A stretch of 20,000 bases of DNA from an uncultured virus (IMG/VR IMGVR_UViG_3300020148_000038). Taxonomy: Duplodnaviria > Heunggongvirae > Uroviricota > Caudoviricetes. The notes beneath the pieces are model-generated. The model did no database searches. It saw only the letters and a list, made by a program, of their open reading frames with translations, and was not told the DNA's origin. The stretch lies in the IMG/VR virus record IMGVR_UViG_3300020148_000038; one strand, 5' to 3'. The stretch's first letter is position 1; the number at the start of each line of letters is the position of its first letter. The position numbers and the translations under genes were made by a program. Below, in pieces: positions 1-8,989 of the stretch.

Positions 1-1
1 G

Positions 2-403
2 TAATCTAACCAAACCCGTCTCTCTTCCATCTCGCGAAGATACTGTGGCGTTAATCCATCCGCCAGGTTCTCCAGCGCTATGCAGTCTGACCGTTTCAAG
101 GTCTATATCATGTAAACGATCTATATCGCTCCAGTCATAGGCTTTATTTCTGGATACAATCTCTCGCATTATCCGTGGTATAGACAATCCTTCTGGACAT
201 TCACTCAATCCACATCCGACTACGTTGTGTTTTCTACTTTTGCAGATTTTGGGTTCAAGCCTGTTCTGAATAAGTGCGTTCTTGTCGTGTAACAGCCCGC
301 TGTTGTCAACGTTTACAACCCTATTATTGGTTTTTCGGGAGATGTTCTTCCATACATGAGTGAACTTACCGTTCTTGTCTATGATGGGAACCCGAGTGGA
401 CAT
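2..403 (-). CDS. DKNG-tag protein 1 (partial, runs off window start; absent from ORF track)
   Basis: ATG at 403, GGAGG RBS upstream, 2 nt after the stop of the 406..1026 gene. My translation is MSTRVPIIDKNGKFTHVWKNISRKTNNRVVNVDNSGLL...CKSRKHNVVGCGLSECPEG..., open to the window edge. Confidence 0.9.
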   Translation of the reverse strand, partial: MSTRVPIIDKNGKFTHVWKNISRKTNNRVVNVDNSGLLHDKNALIQNRLEPKICKSRKHNVVGCGLSECPEGLSIPRIMREIVSRNKAYDWSDIDRLHDIDLETVRLHSAGEPGGWINATVSSRDGRETGLVRL

Positions 404-405
404 GT

Positions 406-1026
406 TTACCCTCCGACGAGGAATTCGTAATCTTTGTTGTTTCCAATGAACTCTCTGAATTCAGCGGTTTGCTTCTTAACGCTATCAAACATCTTGGTTA
501 CGCGATGCATTTCGTCATAGTCGCTCATATCGAAGCCTACTTCGCTGGCTAGCTCTTGTGGCGTCCGACAGTTGTCGGATATGGAGGCGTCGAGAATCAA
601 GGAGTGAAGAACGTCTTCGACAGTTGGAACCGTATCAATAGCAAGTCCAGTGCTGTATGGAATCTGAATCTCTTTGTTGTCGTCATTCGTAAGGGTGATG
701 ATAAACTTGTTTTGTAATATGTTCTTACCAACATTATCTGTATAACGCTGTCCTATGTAATAAGCCGAACCGGTCACCCCGAGCCTTTTGGATACTTTTT
801 CGATCCTAAAAGTTTCTCCGTCTGAGTATGAACCTTTAGGGAGCATCGGAGTTGAACTCTCTGGTTGTAAATCAGCGATATTGGTGACGGTTCTATTCTC
901 TTGGTGCCCGGTATTTGGAACGGCCGACACCATCTTTTTCACTCCGACTTTTGGCTCGGCGCGTTTATGTACAGTGGTCTTACGTCCGTTCTTGTCTATG
1001 ATTTGGGTGGGTACGAGGTTTGACAT
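406..1026 (-). CDS. DKNG-tag protein 2; C-terminal phage-type hypothetical domain
   Basis: Start refined to ATG 1026 (AAGGAG RBS). Begins MSNLVPTQIIDKNGRKTTVHKR; C-terminal region PTVEDVLHSLILDA...ELASEVGFD. Confidence 0.88.
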   Translation of the reverse strand: MSNLVPTQIIDKNGRKTTVHKRAEPKVGVKKMVSAVPNTGHQENRTVTNIADLQPESSTPMLPKGSYSDGETFRIEKVSKRLGVTGSAYYIGQRYTDNVGKNILQNKFIITLTNDDNKEIQIPYSTGLAIDTVPTVEDVLHSLILDASISDNCRTPQELASEVGFDMSDYDEMHRVTKMFDSVKKQTAEFREFIGNNKDYEFLVGG

Positions 1027-1048
1027 TGGGATGCTCCTTAACAATGTT

Positions 1049-1070
1049 ACTATACAACGAGGGTGTGACC
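1049..1070 (-). promoter_or_regulatory. Class II promoter GGTC-N12-TATAGT
   Basis: Minus strand GGTC (1070-1067), 12 nt, TATAGT (1054-1049); no -35 at 17 nt spacing. Confidence 0.7.
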
Positions 1071-1091
1071 TCATTCGAATAGAGTTTCTAA

Positions 1092-1982
1092 TTAGCAACC
1101 GTAACGAGATCCGTATGCATTAGCGCCCGCTTCAAGTTCCTCTCTGTTGTAGATTACGCCGCCTTCCATATCAATCATTCCATTCACCCATTGATAATAG
1201 TGGTAGGACTCATGTGCTATGGCCGTTCTGACTTTACAATCTGGTCTGTTGAGCCAAGCTGGAGTGATAATAATGTAGTTGTCTCCTGGGTAATAACATG
1301 CAACGCCAATAGGACAATACGCAATAACTATTGGTGGTACGTAAATAGAAATACCTTGACTCAGCCTTGCTAATCTGTCCGCCTGAGATGCGTCCGGGAC
1401 TCGCCCTGACCCCCGCGCAGCCGCCTCACGCGCCGCTGCTTCCGCTTCCTCCTTGGCTATTCTGTCGTTCTCGCTTTTGACTATTTTCTTGAAGCTTTCG
1501 ATTTTCTCTTCTAACGGCGGAATTTGTTCGTCCACCCACAGCGTTACTTCGGATTCCCATTCTTCCACGGTTTCCTTGGTGACAATCGAGTGCCAAACTT
1601 GGAGTCTTTGGGATGGTTCTATTTCGTAGATATCATCCAATTGGTCAACTTGCTCTTTTATTTCCTCGGCAAGAGATGTCATTTCCTTGGTTGGATTTGC
1701 CCCAGCTTTTCCGTGATCTGCGTCGAGCACGTCTGTTATGTTTTTAATTTCCAATTTCAGCCTAGAGTCTTCATCACGCAAGAAGGACTCAATTGACTTC
1801 TTTAGCTCTTCGTGCTCTTTATTGGCTTGCCGTATCTGGTTTTCTGTTCTGTGTATGCTTTCCATATATCTAGAATTCAGGCTGTCAACTTCGCTGTCAG
1901 ACGGCACCCTCATGTCAGATACGAACATGAGTCCTAATGTTGGAATTATTAACAAGCTGATAATACGAACAAAGTTTTTCAT
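1092..1982 (-). CDS. Secreted/membrane-anchored coiled-coil protein with C-terminal HExxH zinc metallopeptidase-like domain
   Basis: Hydrophobic N-terminus, long helical coiled-coil, AIAHESYHYYQ motif, downstream ELEAGANAYG. Confidence 0.75.
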   Translation of the reverse strand: MKNFVRIISLLIIPTLGLMFVSDMRVPSDSEVDSLNSRYMESIHRTENQIRQANKEHEELKKSIESFLRDEDSRLKLEIKNITDVLDADHGKAGANPTKEMTSLAEEIKEQVDQLDDIYEIEPSQRLQVWHSIVTKETVEEWESEVTLWVDEQIPPLEEKIESFKKIVKSENDRIAKEEAEAAAREAAARGSGRVPDASQADRLARLSQGISIYVPPIVIAYCPIGVACYYPGDNYIIITPAWLNRPDCKVRTAIAHESYHYYQWVNGMIDMEGGVIYNREELEAGANAYGSRYGC

Positions 1983-2029
1983 TATGGGTTGACGTTAGCA
2001 AAGATTCGTGATGAATGGGATAACTTTGA

Positions 2030-2485
2030 CTATTTTAGTCCAAAAATATATTCGCCCGATTCTGGGTCATCTCGTATTTGAAGAGTAAAGTATTCATCTC
2101 CCCTTAATATCGCTGCTGCGTATCTGTGGTTTCCGTCGATTAAAGGGTGAAGGTTAAACAGGTGTTTCTCTACACTGAATATGGGAAGGTGCCAATCGTC
2201 TTCGCACTGGACGCCATTGTGATAAAACCACGCCACCCTATTGATGTGGTATTGCCTAACTTCATTAGAATATCCTTCTAGATCAACTCCACAATATTCC
2301 TTGGATGATGCCTCAGCAAGCGGAACAGACCTAACCTCTTCTTCAGTGAGAACATCACCGCCCCAAGTCGGGTAAATAAAAGCGCTAGGAATGATAGACT
2401 TCAGTAAAGAAACCCGAACCTTGTAAATGTTGTGAGATAACCTAATGGCATCTTCAGTGGTTGGTTTATCTGTTCGTGTTGACAT
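2030..2485 (-). CDS. ParB/Srx-like domain protein
   Basis: LIDGNHRYAAAILRG motif. Start refined to ATG 2485 (leaderless, 7 nt after a -10). Confidence 0.7.
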   Translation of the reverse strand: MSTRTDKPTTEDAIRLSHNIYKVRVSLLKSIIPSAFIYPTWGGDVLTEEEVRSVPLAEASSKEYCGVDLEGYSNEVRQYHINRVAWFYHNGVQCEDDWHLPIFSVEKHLFNLHPLIDGNHRYAAAILRGDEYFTLQIRDDPESGEYIFGLK

Positions 2486-2492
2486 CGCTGGG

Positions 2493-2521
2493 ATAATAAA
2501 ACATCTCGGTCTAAAAATCAA
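2493..2521 (-). promoter_or_regulatory. SigA-type promoter TTGATT-N17-TATTAT (leaderless)
   Basis: -35 at 2521-2516, -10 at 2498-2493, ATG at 2485. Confidence 0.7.
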
Positions 2522-3363
2522 CCAGAGATAATCTCTAGCACGTCGTTATCGACTTTAGCCCATTCCCTCAACCTGAATGGATTCTTTTCGTGAGCGGCTA
2601 CATCAACAATTGCATCAAAGTCCAGCCTGAAGAGGCGAACCATAATCAACCATATCCACAGGGGAGGGAAGTTGTGGTCTTGGCGCGCCCTGTTTCTGAT
2701 GTAGTAGAAGACCCAGAGGATGAATTGTCTGTTTCCGATTCTGCGATACAGTCGGACATTCGCTGCGTTGATGTCTTCCCATAGTTCACGCCCTATATAG
2801 TGTTGCCGCGAGATGATTTCGGCGGCTTCTCCAACCGTAATGCGCTCGTTATAGAAATGGGTTTTCATAGAAAGCGTTGAAAGCAACAACGGGGTAAGTC
2901 TTCCCTCTTGAGAGAGAATTTTGATTAAGTCGTCTTTGTTACAAGAGATCAACCTATGTGGTTTTTTAACCGAGCTATTTCCATATTTACTATGACCCAG
3001 ATGTTGAAGTCCTGGACTATAAATCGTATCTTTGTATTTCAGCCACATTCCGACAAAGAAAGCAGCCAAATCCAAATCCTCTGCGTCATTGATGCTGGTT
3101 AGTCGTGAAATTTGATACGGCGAAGACTCCCTGAATTCGGATTTTTCAACCTCTGTCAAATCGGAAGCTTTAAGAAATCTTTCAAATTGGGTTTGAGTGG
3201 GGAGTGACCAATAACTAAAATTTGAAAATGGTATGCGGCATTGTTCGATATCTCGGTAACGCCCGTCTTGGGAGGGGTCAACCCATTCCAAGAATTTAGA
3301 TATTGGCTCGATGCTGTCTTCTAGTGATTTATCTATAACTAGGCTTCTTTTTGGAAAGCTCAT
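2518..3363 (-). CDS. Hypothetical protein, probable paralog of 8990..9781 (C-terminal motif family)
   Basis: 281-aa ORF with ATGA overlap to the upstream lipoprotein gene. C-terminus WLIMVRLFRLDFDAIV...KVDNDVLEIISG. Confidence 0.8.
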   Translation of the reverse strand: MSFPKRSLVIDKSLEDSIEPISKFLEWVDPSQDGRYRDIEQCRIPFSNFSYWSLPTQTQFERFLKASDLTEVEKSEFRESSPYQISRLTSINDAEDLDLAAFFVGMWLKYKDTIYSPGLQHLGHSKYGNSSVKKPHRLISCNKDDLIKILSQEGRLTPLLLSTLSMKTHFYNERITVGEAAEIISRQHYIGRELWEDINAANVRLYRRIGNRQFILWVFYYIRNRARQDHNFPPLWIWLIMVRLFRLDFDAIVDVAAHEKNPFRLREWAKVDNDVLEIISG

Positions 3364-3800
3364 CTCATTTTCGATTCAAGCGTGGGGAGTAGGATATCTT
3401 GCTCCGGCTGGAATAGTTCGTACTCTTCTATAGAGTTGAACCTTTTTAAACTCGGACTTTCTGATGACTTGGCATATACCACCCCGCCATCGCCATATTT
3501 AGCTGCCACGATATAATGGTTTCCGTCAGCAGACGCGGTAGTGGCTACTTGGATGCCGGTGGGAATCACAACGGAGAAAGATGCGTCAGATGTTATTTCG
3601 ACAATGCTGCCCGCATATCTTCCGTTTTTATCACGAAAATAAGTTTGAGCCGCCGCGAAATCAATCACCGTGTTTTTAACAAGCTGTTCAGTAGAAACAG
3701 TCTCCACTGGCGTCGGGTTTGGCTCTCGGTGTTCACTACATCCAGTTAAGAGGAATGCAGACCCTATTATTACCGCTGCCGCTACTACTTTCTTGAACAA
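3360..3800 (-). CDS. Lipoprotein with pilin-like soluble domain
   Basis: Lipobox LLTG-C21 after a basic/hydrophobic signal. DFAAAQTYF...YIVAAKYGDGGVVY resembles the 11865..12359 protein. Confidence 0.7.
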   Translation of the reverse strand: MFKKVVAAAVIIGSAFLLTGCSEHREPNPTPVETVSTEQLVKNTVIDFAAAQTYFRDKNGRYAGSIVEITSDASFSVVIPTGIQVATTASADGNHYIVAAKYGDGGVVYAKSSESPSLKRFNSIEEYELFQPEQDILLPTLESKMR

Positions 3801-3858
3801 CTTAAACTCTTCCGTCTTTTATTGCAATAAGCAATTTGATATAAGGTAATCTTATTGT

Positions 3859-4782
3859 ATGTCCCGCGTCTTTTCAAGTATATTTTCGCGCCTATTTTTG
3901 GCGACGGCGCTGGTTATGCCGTTTTTGGCATTCGCCCTTCCTGCCCAAGCATCTGTGGATGAATCAGCAGTGATGTTTGAATCTATTAATGACGAAAGGC
4001 AGTCTATAGGGCTTGAACTTTTGGAAGAAGATCCGCAGTTGAATGATGTCGCGCAGTCGTGGGCATTACAGATGTCTGAAGACGGTGAAATGTCTCACAA
4101 CCCGAACTATTCAAAGCAGATTCCGTCTGGATGGGAGGCTTCGGGAGAAAATGTTGCATATGGGTATCCTGATGGTGCGACCACTGTAGCAAATTGGATG
4201 CAATCGGAATCCCATAGAGAAAATATTCTTGGTGACTATACCCATGTTGGAACAGGTTGGGTGATGGACGATATGGGTACGAGTTGGGCTGTTCAGGTAT
4301 TCGCTAAATACCCTGTGGGAGGTATTGGAGAACCTGTTAAAAATGAAGGTGGATCTCAACCTGCTTCATCCGATCCCGTCGAGACTTCGCAAGGGGTTTC
4401 TGGTTCCCATTCAAAGAGCAACGCTTCTGAAAGCTCTACTACCACCACCACCACCGAAATCCCTGAGACTGAGACAAGTTCTAGCAAGAAGCGTTCTGCC
4501 GAACCGGGTGACATGATTGTAACCATTAAGGATGATGATGTCGATTCTGCATACTTGTCGCTTTTGGTTGTTAGTTGGCTTCTCGCCGCAGTGGTGGTTT
4601 TATTGTCTGTTGTCTGCTTCGTGCATTTCAGAATCATCAAAGGACGCACTCCGATACTGAGCAACAGAACGTCGTCTTCTCACCCAGAACAATCGTTAAC
4701 CAAGATGGTGCAAGACATTACAGCGAAGAATCGTGAATCCGTGCTAGAAAAACACACGAACTTGTTTTTAGATGACAAGTAG
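3859..4782 (+). CDS. CAP/SCP domain surface protein (signal peptide, Ser/Thr linker, C-terminal TM)
   Basis: INDERQSIGL...LNDVAQSWA..MSHNP...GENVAYG...WMQSESHRENIL..YTHVGTG...WAVQVF. Leaderless start 6 nt after TAATCT. Confidence 0.9.
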   Translation: MSRVFSSIFSRLFLATALVMPFLAFALPAQASVDESAVMFESINDERQSIGLELLEEDPQLNDVAQSWALQMSEDGEMSHNPNYSKQIPSGWEASGENVAYGYPDGATTVANWMQSESHRENILGDYTHVGTGWVMDDMGTSWAVQVFAKYPVGGIGEPVKNEGGSQPASSDPVETSQGVSGSHSKSNASESSTTTTTTEIPETETSSSKKRSAEPGDMIVTIKDDDVDSAYLSLLVVSWLLAAVVVLLSVVCFVHFRIIKGRTPILSNRTSSSHPEQSLTKMVQDITAKNRESVLEKHTNLFLDDK

Positions 4783-4798
4783 CACGCGCTTTAGTTGT

Positions 4799-4827
4799 TT
4801 GACAATAAAATGGTTTTGTAATAGAAT
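4799..4827 (+). promoter_or_regulatory. SigA-type promoter TTGACA-N17-TAGAAT
   Basis: Near-consensus hexamers with a 17-nt spacer upstream of 4859. Confidence 0.85.
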
Positions 4828-4858
4828 GCAGACAACTAAAAGATAGGGTTGATTCATA

Positions 4859-5452
4859 ATGAGTAAGCGCGAACCGATTTTCGGTTTGGATTTGGACGGT
4901 TCTGCTCTGGATTACGTGAGCGGACTTCGCGATGCCATCGCTGCCAGCAAGTCCATTTCCCCTGAAGACGCCCTTCGTTTGATGCCAGCCCCGACAAACT
5001 ATGACTTCTCAGACTGGCATGCGGTTATCGGTAACGAATTCAAGAAGTATCACACTGAAGCTGTTACTAATGGACTTTATGCTCGACTCAAGGCTTTCGA
5101 TAACGCATCCGATGTGTTATGGCGACTTTCGGACGAGGGGATTCACATCCGGGTTATCACCAGCAGATTCGTAAGGCACGGTCAGAACAGCATCGTGATC
5201 GCCTCGACTGGCGAATCTCTTGATATCAACAATATCCCCTACCGCGATATTGTTTTCACCGCCCACAAGACCGATATTTATGCAGACTTCTATCTTGAAG
5301 ATTCGCCTGCGAACATCATTTCTTTGAGAGAGAATGATGGTGATGTCATCATTTACGATGCCCCGTACAATCAGGATCTAGACGGCGACCGCGCGTATAA
5401 CTGGATGGACGTTTATGGGCTTGTAAAGAAGAGGATGGAGCTTTATGTCTAG
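4859..5452 (+). CDS. HAD-superfamily 5'(3')-deoxyribonucleotidase (NT5C-like)
   Basis: GLDLDG motif I, VITSR motif II, K..IYADFYLEDSP motifs III/IV, APYN..WMDV tail. Confidence 0.85.
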   Translation: MSKREPIFGLDLDGSALDYVSGLRDAIAASKSISPEDALRLMPAPTNYDFSDWHAVIGNEFKKYHTEAVTNGLYARLKAFDNASDVLWRLSDEGIHIRVITSRFVRHGQNSIVIASTGESLDINNIPYRDIVFTAHKTDIYADFYLEDSPANIISLRENDGDVIIYDAPYNQDLDGDRAYNWMDVYGLVKKRMELYV

Positions 5453-5987
5453 GCGCGCCCAGAGCATTCATAACATGCTTGTTATTTGGGCTATGGGAGG
5501 ATTGCCCGTGGCGCTCGTGTACGCTCTTGGCACAAAACAGTGGTTAGGGGCTTTTGCAATTCTGTTCCTTTGGTTTTCAGCGTTCTTGATTGCAAGTTTC
5601 TTGGTGCATAAACTCTCCAAGAAGGAGAAGGTTGTTAATCGTTCGGTTGATACTCTCCTGAGCGGAGTTGATCGCAAAAAGTATAAGTTGCTCGATAGTT
5701 TGTATATGAACTTTACAGCAACAGCAAACAACGCGATTTTCTTTGTTATTGGAGCGATGATTGTTCTTGGTTACGCGAAGCAATCAAATGAATCGTCCGC
5801 GTATCTTGTTGTTGTAATTTCTTTAGTGCTTGCTCTCGCTCTTGTTATTTCTTCGGCATGTTTCTTAGTGTTTTATCGAATTGGCGTCAAGAATAACCCC
5901 GCCGAAAGCTCAGCACTTGCCAACCATTCTCCTGATGAGCGCACAAAGATTCGTCATTACTTTGCAGATAATGCCATCAAGTTCTAG
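5445..5987 (+). CDS. Integral membrane protein (about 4 TM)
   Basis: Four hydrophobic segments; overlaps the upstream stop; GGAG RBS. Confidence 0.8.
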   Translation: MSRRAQSIHNMLVIWAMGGLPVALVYALGTKQWLGAFAILFLWFSAFLIASFLVHKLSKKEKVVNRSVDTLLSGVDRKKYKLLDSLYMNFTATANNAIFFVIGAMIVLGYAKQSNESSAYLVVVISLVLALALVISSACFLVFYRIGVKNNPAESSALANHSPDERTKIRHYFADNAIKF

Positions 5988-6013
5988 ACTTTTAGATTTT
6001 CTTATGTTATGAT
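5985..6013 (+). promoter_or_regulatory. SigA-type promoter TAGACT-N17-TATGAT
   Basis: 17-nt spacer and TG extended -10. Confidence 0.55.
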
Positions 6014-6117
6014 TCCCGCATGAACATTTTCTACTAGGTTCCGTATTTGGATTCCGGATGACTCCTGCTTGCCTTCAAATTTCGCAAACAAGACATCTAC
6101 TCAGAAAGGAATCCAAA

Positions 6118-6687
6118 ATGTCTAAGAAAGAATTCACGCATCCCCTCCATCAGAGGGCTATCAGCTTCCTCTTGAAGAAGTTTCCCACAGTTGACAAATC
6201 CAATGTCGATGATTTCGTTCAATTGGTTTTCGAGCAGATCGGTATTCATTCCAAGCAGAGTGTTTATGATTTGTTGCAAGAACAATATGACCATGAGCAA
6301 GTTCTTATGAAGCGGATAAGGAAGGCAGCCGAGGTGGTCTGGAATACCAAGAGAAAGTTCATCGGTGATGCCTTCCCAGAAGAGTTGGAATGGGTAAACA
6401 AGCAGATTGTCAAGGTAACAAAGGGTGAAGACGACAACATCAAGATCTTCGCTTTAAACGGAAGCGGACGACTGCGCACCTATATCATGCCGGAATCTTT
6501 CCTTCTTAACGACCCTATTGTTGTGGCTCAGTTCACGCGCCGCTCTATCCGCAACACAAGGGAATCCATCGCTGCGAACGAGGTTAAAGATTTGAAGTTC
6601 AAGCTCGAATTGCTACAGGGTCAAATCGCTAAAGCCGAGGCTGAACTTGCCGACCATCAGGAGAGGTTGGCGTTATTGAGCAAATAA
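6118..6687 (+). CDS. Hypothetical protein with C-terminal coiled coil
   Basis: Start refined to ATG 6118 (AAAGGA RBS); followed by a terminator hairpin. Confidence 0.8.
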   Translation: MSKKEFTHPLHQRAISFLLKKFPTVDKSNVDDFVQLVFEQIGIHSKQSVYDLLQEQYDHEQVLMKRIRKAAEVVWNTKRKFIGDAFPEELEWVNKQIVKVTKGEDDNIKIFALNGSGRLRTYIMPESFLLNDPIVVAQFTRRSIRNTRESIAANEVKDLKFKLELLQGQIAKAEAELADHQERLALLSK

Positions 6688-6697
6688 CACACAATAT

Positions 6698-6746
6698 ATA
6701 CAGCCCACATGTGTACTGCTACGTCATATGTGGGCTGTATTATTTT
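6698..6746 (+). terminator. Intrinsic terminator
   Basis: ATACAGCCCACAT / ATGTGGGCTGTAT stem followed by TATTTT. Confidence 0.75.
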
Positions 6747-6757
6747 CGTGGTAAGGT
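6736..6757 (+). promoter_or_regulatory. Class II promoter TGTA-N12-TAAGGT (leaderless)
   Basis: -10 at 6752-6757 is 6 nt before ATG 6764; one mismatch to TGTC; no -35. Confidence 0.55.
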
Positions 6758-6763
6758 GGTAAC

Positions 6764-7456
6764 ATGTCAAATCTGGTCAGGACTCCTGTTGTTGATGTCA
6801 ACGGGAAAGAAACCCACGTTTGGCGTTCTCCTGAACAAATAGGCGTAGCGCCTCAAAGGAATATCCCGATACCCGCCGCCAAAGTCTTGTCCGCCAGAGA
6901 AAAACTTCTTGCCGAGGATGTTGGCTGGGAACAAATGCCCCTCCCCTTAAGATGCGAGCACATCTACGACTGCGTAATAGATTTGCTGACAGAACACGAA
7001 ATTCACCATGAAGAGGACGGAGACAATTATTGGTACGTCAACTTTAATAACAATACCCATATCGTCGGCAAATGCGATTTTCATAAATTGACTATCTATT
7101 TTTCTAGAGAATTGATATCCGCCGCAACCTATGAACAGGCTATTGATGTAGCACTACACGAGGTGGCTCACGCTATCGCTGGTCCTTATGCTAGACACGG
7201 TGAAGTCTGGAAGGAGGTCGCACGTTCGTTAGGAATGAAAGATCCTGGTCATTCGACCTCCGTAGAGATAAAACGGAAGAGTAACGGCAAAACCTCTGTG
7301 GGCGATATTTCGTTGGGAGACGTTTTAGTAACTCCACGCGGGGTGAAGCTCACCGTTATAGAGTTTAAGAGGACAAGGTTGGTTGCTGAATCCCCGACCG
7401 GAGATAAATATTCTGTTTCCATCGATTATGCATCGAAAATCAAGAAGAGGGACTGA
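6764..7456 (+). CDS. DKNG-tag protein 3; SprT-like zinc metalloprotease with a small C-terminal beta domain
   Basis: MSNLVRTPVVDVNGKETHVWR; GKC...I.FS...ALHEVAHAIAG...HGEVWKEVARSLG is typical of SprT-like proteases. Confidence 0.85.
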   Translation: MSNLVRTPVVDVNGKETHVWRSPEQIGVAPQRNIPIPAAKVLSAREKLLAEDVGWEQMPLPLRCEHIYDCVIDLLTEHEIHHEEDGDNYWYVNFNNNTHIVGKCDFHKLTIYFSRELISAATYEQAIDVALHEVAHAIAGPYARHGEVWKEVARSLGMKDPGHSTSVEIKRKSNGKTSVGDISLGDVLVTPRGVKLTVIEFKRTRLVAESPTGDKYSVSIDYASKIKKRD

Positions 7457-7515
7457 TTTTCTTATTGTTGTTTGACGGTTTGATATCATCATGTGAATCG
7501 TAAAGGCAACTAATT

Positions 7516-8514
7516 GTGGAACAACCTAAAGACGAGTTTGATTTTTCGTATGATACGACCAACGACCCATTCAAACCATTAAGCAGGTCCGAGTCCGAAA
7601 GGGTATATCAACAACAGCAGTATTTTGCAGAACAGAATAAAGCGCCTTACGTTCAGATGCCTGCTACCACTATCAACTATTCGACAGCTTCAACAGGTGG
7701 TAAGGCTGTAACAATCACCATATTTTCGATACTTGGTGGTGTGGTACTGCTCCCTTTGATAATAACTCTGCTTTTGGCCGTGTTCATCATCCCAGGTTCA
7801 TACAATCCTGTCGATGATGACACGCCAACCCCATCACCCAGCTATATAGATGATTTCGGTGTTTTGGTGGAACCGGACTATGTATATTCTTATGAAATCG
7901 ACCCATTTACATCAAGTGATTATGTTCATCACTCTTACCCTTCGCGTAACGACGCTATTGAAGAGCTATGGAAGTCTGGTGAAAATTGGTTGGAAGCGCC
8001 CGAGTCAGAAGAGCCTCTATCAGATTTTTATCCGGGATATCCAGATGTCAATGAGTATTTGAATGAGGTAACAACCGGTAATGCACAGGGTGTTCATGTG
8101 GTTGTTTCTAGCGATCCTGAGTACAATTGTGGACTGCATAACGAATCTCCTGGCCCGGAAACCATTGCTGGTTGTTATGACCCAAGTTACGGCAATGTTA
8201 TTTTCATGTGGTGGGGTCCGGGGGTCAAATCAGATCTGAAGGTGTTAGAGCTATTCCATCAGTTCTCACATTACGCCGGTATCTGGGATAACTTCGACAT
8301 TTATTATTCGTTGTATCAAGAGCATCGGATCAATGATGAAGAAATTGGCGATTTGATAGAACGTGATGCTACTTGCAAGGTGTATATCGGTTGGAATAAC
8401 TCAACGCTTTCATACCTTGATTCGATATATCATGCACCATGTGGTTGGGCAGCAGAGTATTGGGATGCGCAATTCCTAGAATATGACTCTGATGTTGATG
8501 TCATGGACTGGTAA
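7516..8514 (+). CDS. Single-pass membrane protein with acidic extracellular, degenerate metallopeptidase-like domain
   Basis: TM segment near aa 65-93; AGCY...LFHQFSHYA...IERDATC, with HQxxH in place of HExxH. Confidence 0.75.
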   Translation: MEQPKDEFDFSYDTTNDPFKPLSRSESERVYQQQQYFAEQNKAPYVQMPATTINYSTASTGGKAVTITIFSILGGVVLLPLIITLLLAVFIIPGSYNPVDDDTPTPSPSYIDDFGVLVEPDYVYSYEIDPFTSSDYVHHSYPSRNDAIEELWKSGENWLEAPESEEPLSDFYPGYPDVNEYLNEVTTGNAQGVHVVVSSDPEYNCGLHNESPGPETIAGCYDPSYGNVIFMWWGPGVKSDLKVLELFHQFSHYAGIWDNFDIYYSLYQEHRINDEEIGDLIERDATCKVYIGWNNSTLSYLDSIYHAPCGWAAEYWDAQFLEYDSDVDVMDW

Positions 8515-8516
8515 TG

Positions 8517-8903
8517 TTAGTTGACTTGAACGTAGTGCTTGCCGTGACCATATGGACGGCGGCATCTATCAAAACCCTTGCCGATGCCACACACCTTCTT
8601 TGAATTCGTATCGTCTCGCGGCAGCTTCAGGTCTGAAATGGCTGGGTCAGAAATTGTTTTGCCTGCTCTGTTCATCTGGTGAGACGCAAGAGCCTCAAGA
8701 GCGAGGGTGACCAAATCATCACCGTAGCGGTGCTGGAATTTAATTTCTGATTTGTCCCAGTCTCCTACAACAGCGTCTTCGTTTTGTTGAATAACTACGT
8801 ATTCGTTTACGTCGTCTTCGGACAGTCCGAGCTTGCTGACGCGCGCGACCCGAATTGTCTCAAACAATTCGTTGTTAACACTTATCCGAATTTCAACAGG
8901 CAT
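8517..8903 (-). CDS. Hypothetical protein with C-terminal C-x8-C-x5-H-x2-H putative zinc-binding motif
   Basis: Leaderless ATG 6 nt after TAGAAT; ends CGIGKGFDRCRRPYGHGKHY. Confidence 0.8.
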   Translation of the reverse strand: MPVEIRISVNNELFETIRVARVSKLGLSEDDVNEYVVIQQNEDAVVGDWDKSEIKFQHRYGDDLVTLALEALASHQMNRAGKTISDPAISDLKLPRDDTNSKKVCGIGKGFDRCRRPYGHGKHYVQVN

Positions 8904-8909
8904 AAGAGC

Positions 8910-8967
8910 ATTCTATCTTGTTCACGTTGTTAAGTCAATTGACCAATATGTCGAACTATGGTAAAGT
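8910..8967. promoter_or_regulatory. Back-to-back divergent SigA promoters
   Basis: Minus strand TTGACT(8938-8933)-N17-TAGAAT(8915-8910); plus strand TTGACC(8939-8944)-N17-TAAAGT(8962-8967). Confidence 0.85.
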
Positions 8968-8989
8968 TGTTTTAGGAAAGAGGTGGTTT

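Noticed and set aside
1027..1098. ORF-track N-terminal extensions (also 6058, 8918, 11769, 14215, 15789, 2521, 17909)
   Set aside because: Downstream starts have an RBS or leaderless -10 support, and most extensions run through promoters or terminators.
1992..2013. CATC-N12-TAACGT upstream of the 1982 gene as a class II promoter (and TGTT-N11-TATCAT at 7469-7489)
   Set aside because: Tetramer or spacing deviates too much to count as support.
3615..3635. RDKNGRY inside the lipoprotein resembles the DKNG tag
   Set aside because: It is internal, lacks the flanking PT-x-IV and T-[TH]-V residues, and has no class II promoter; likely a chance beta-turn.
4438..4455. ACC trinucleotide repeat
   Set aside because: Encodes the poly-Thr linker of the CAP protein; not a regulatory or phase-variable repeat on present evidence.
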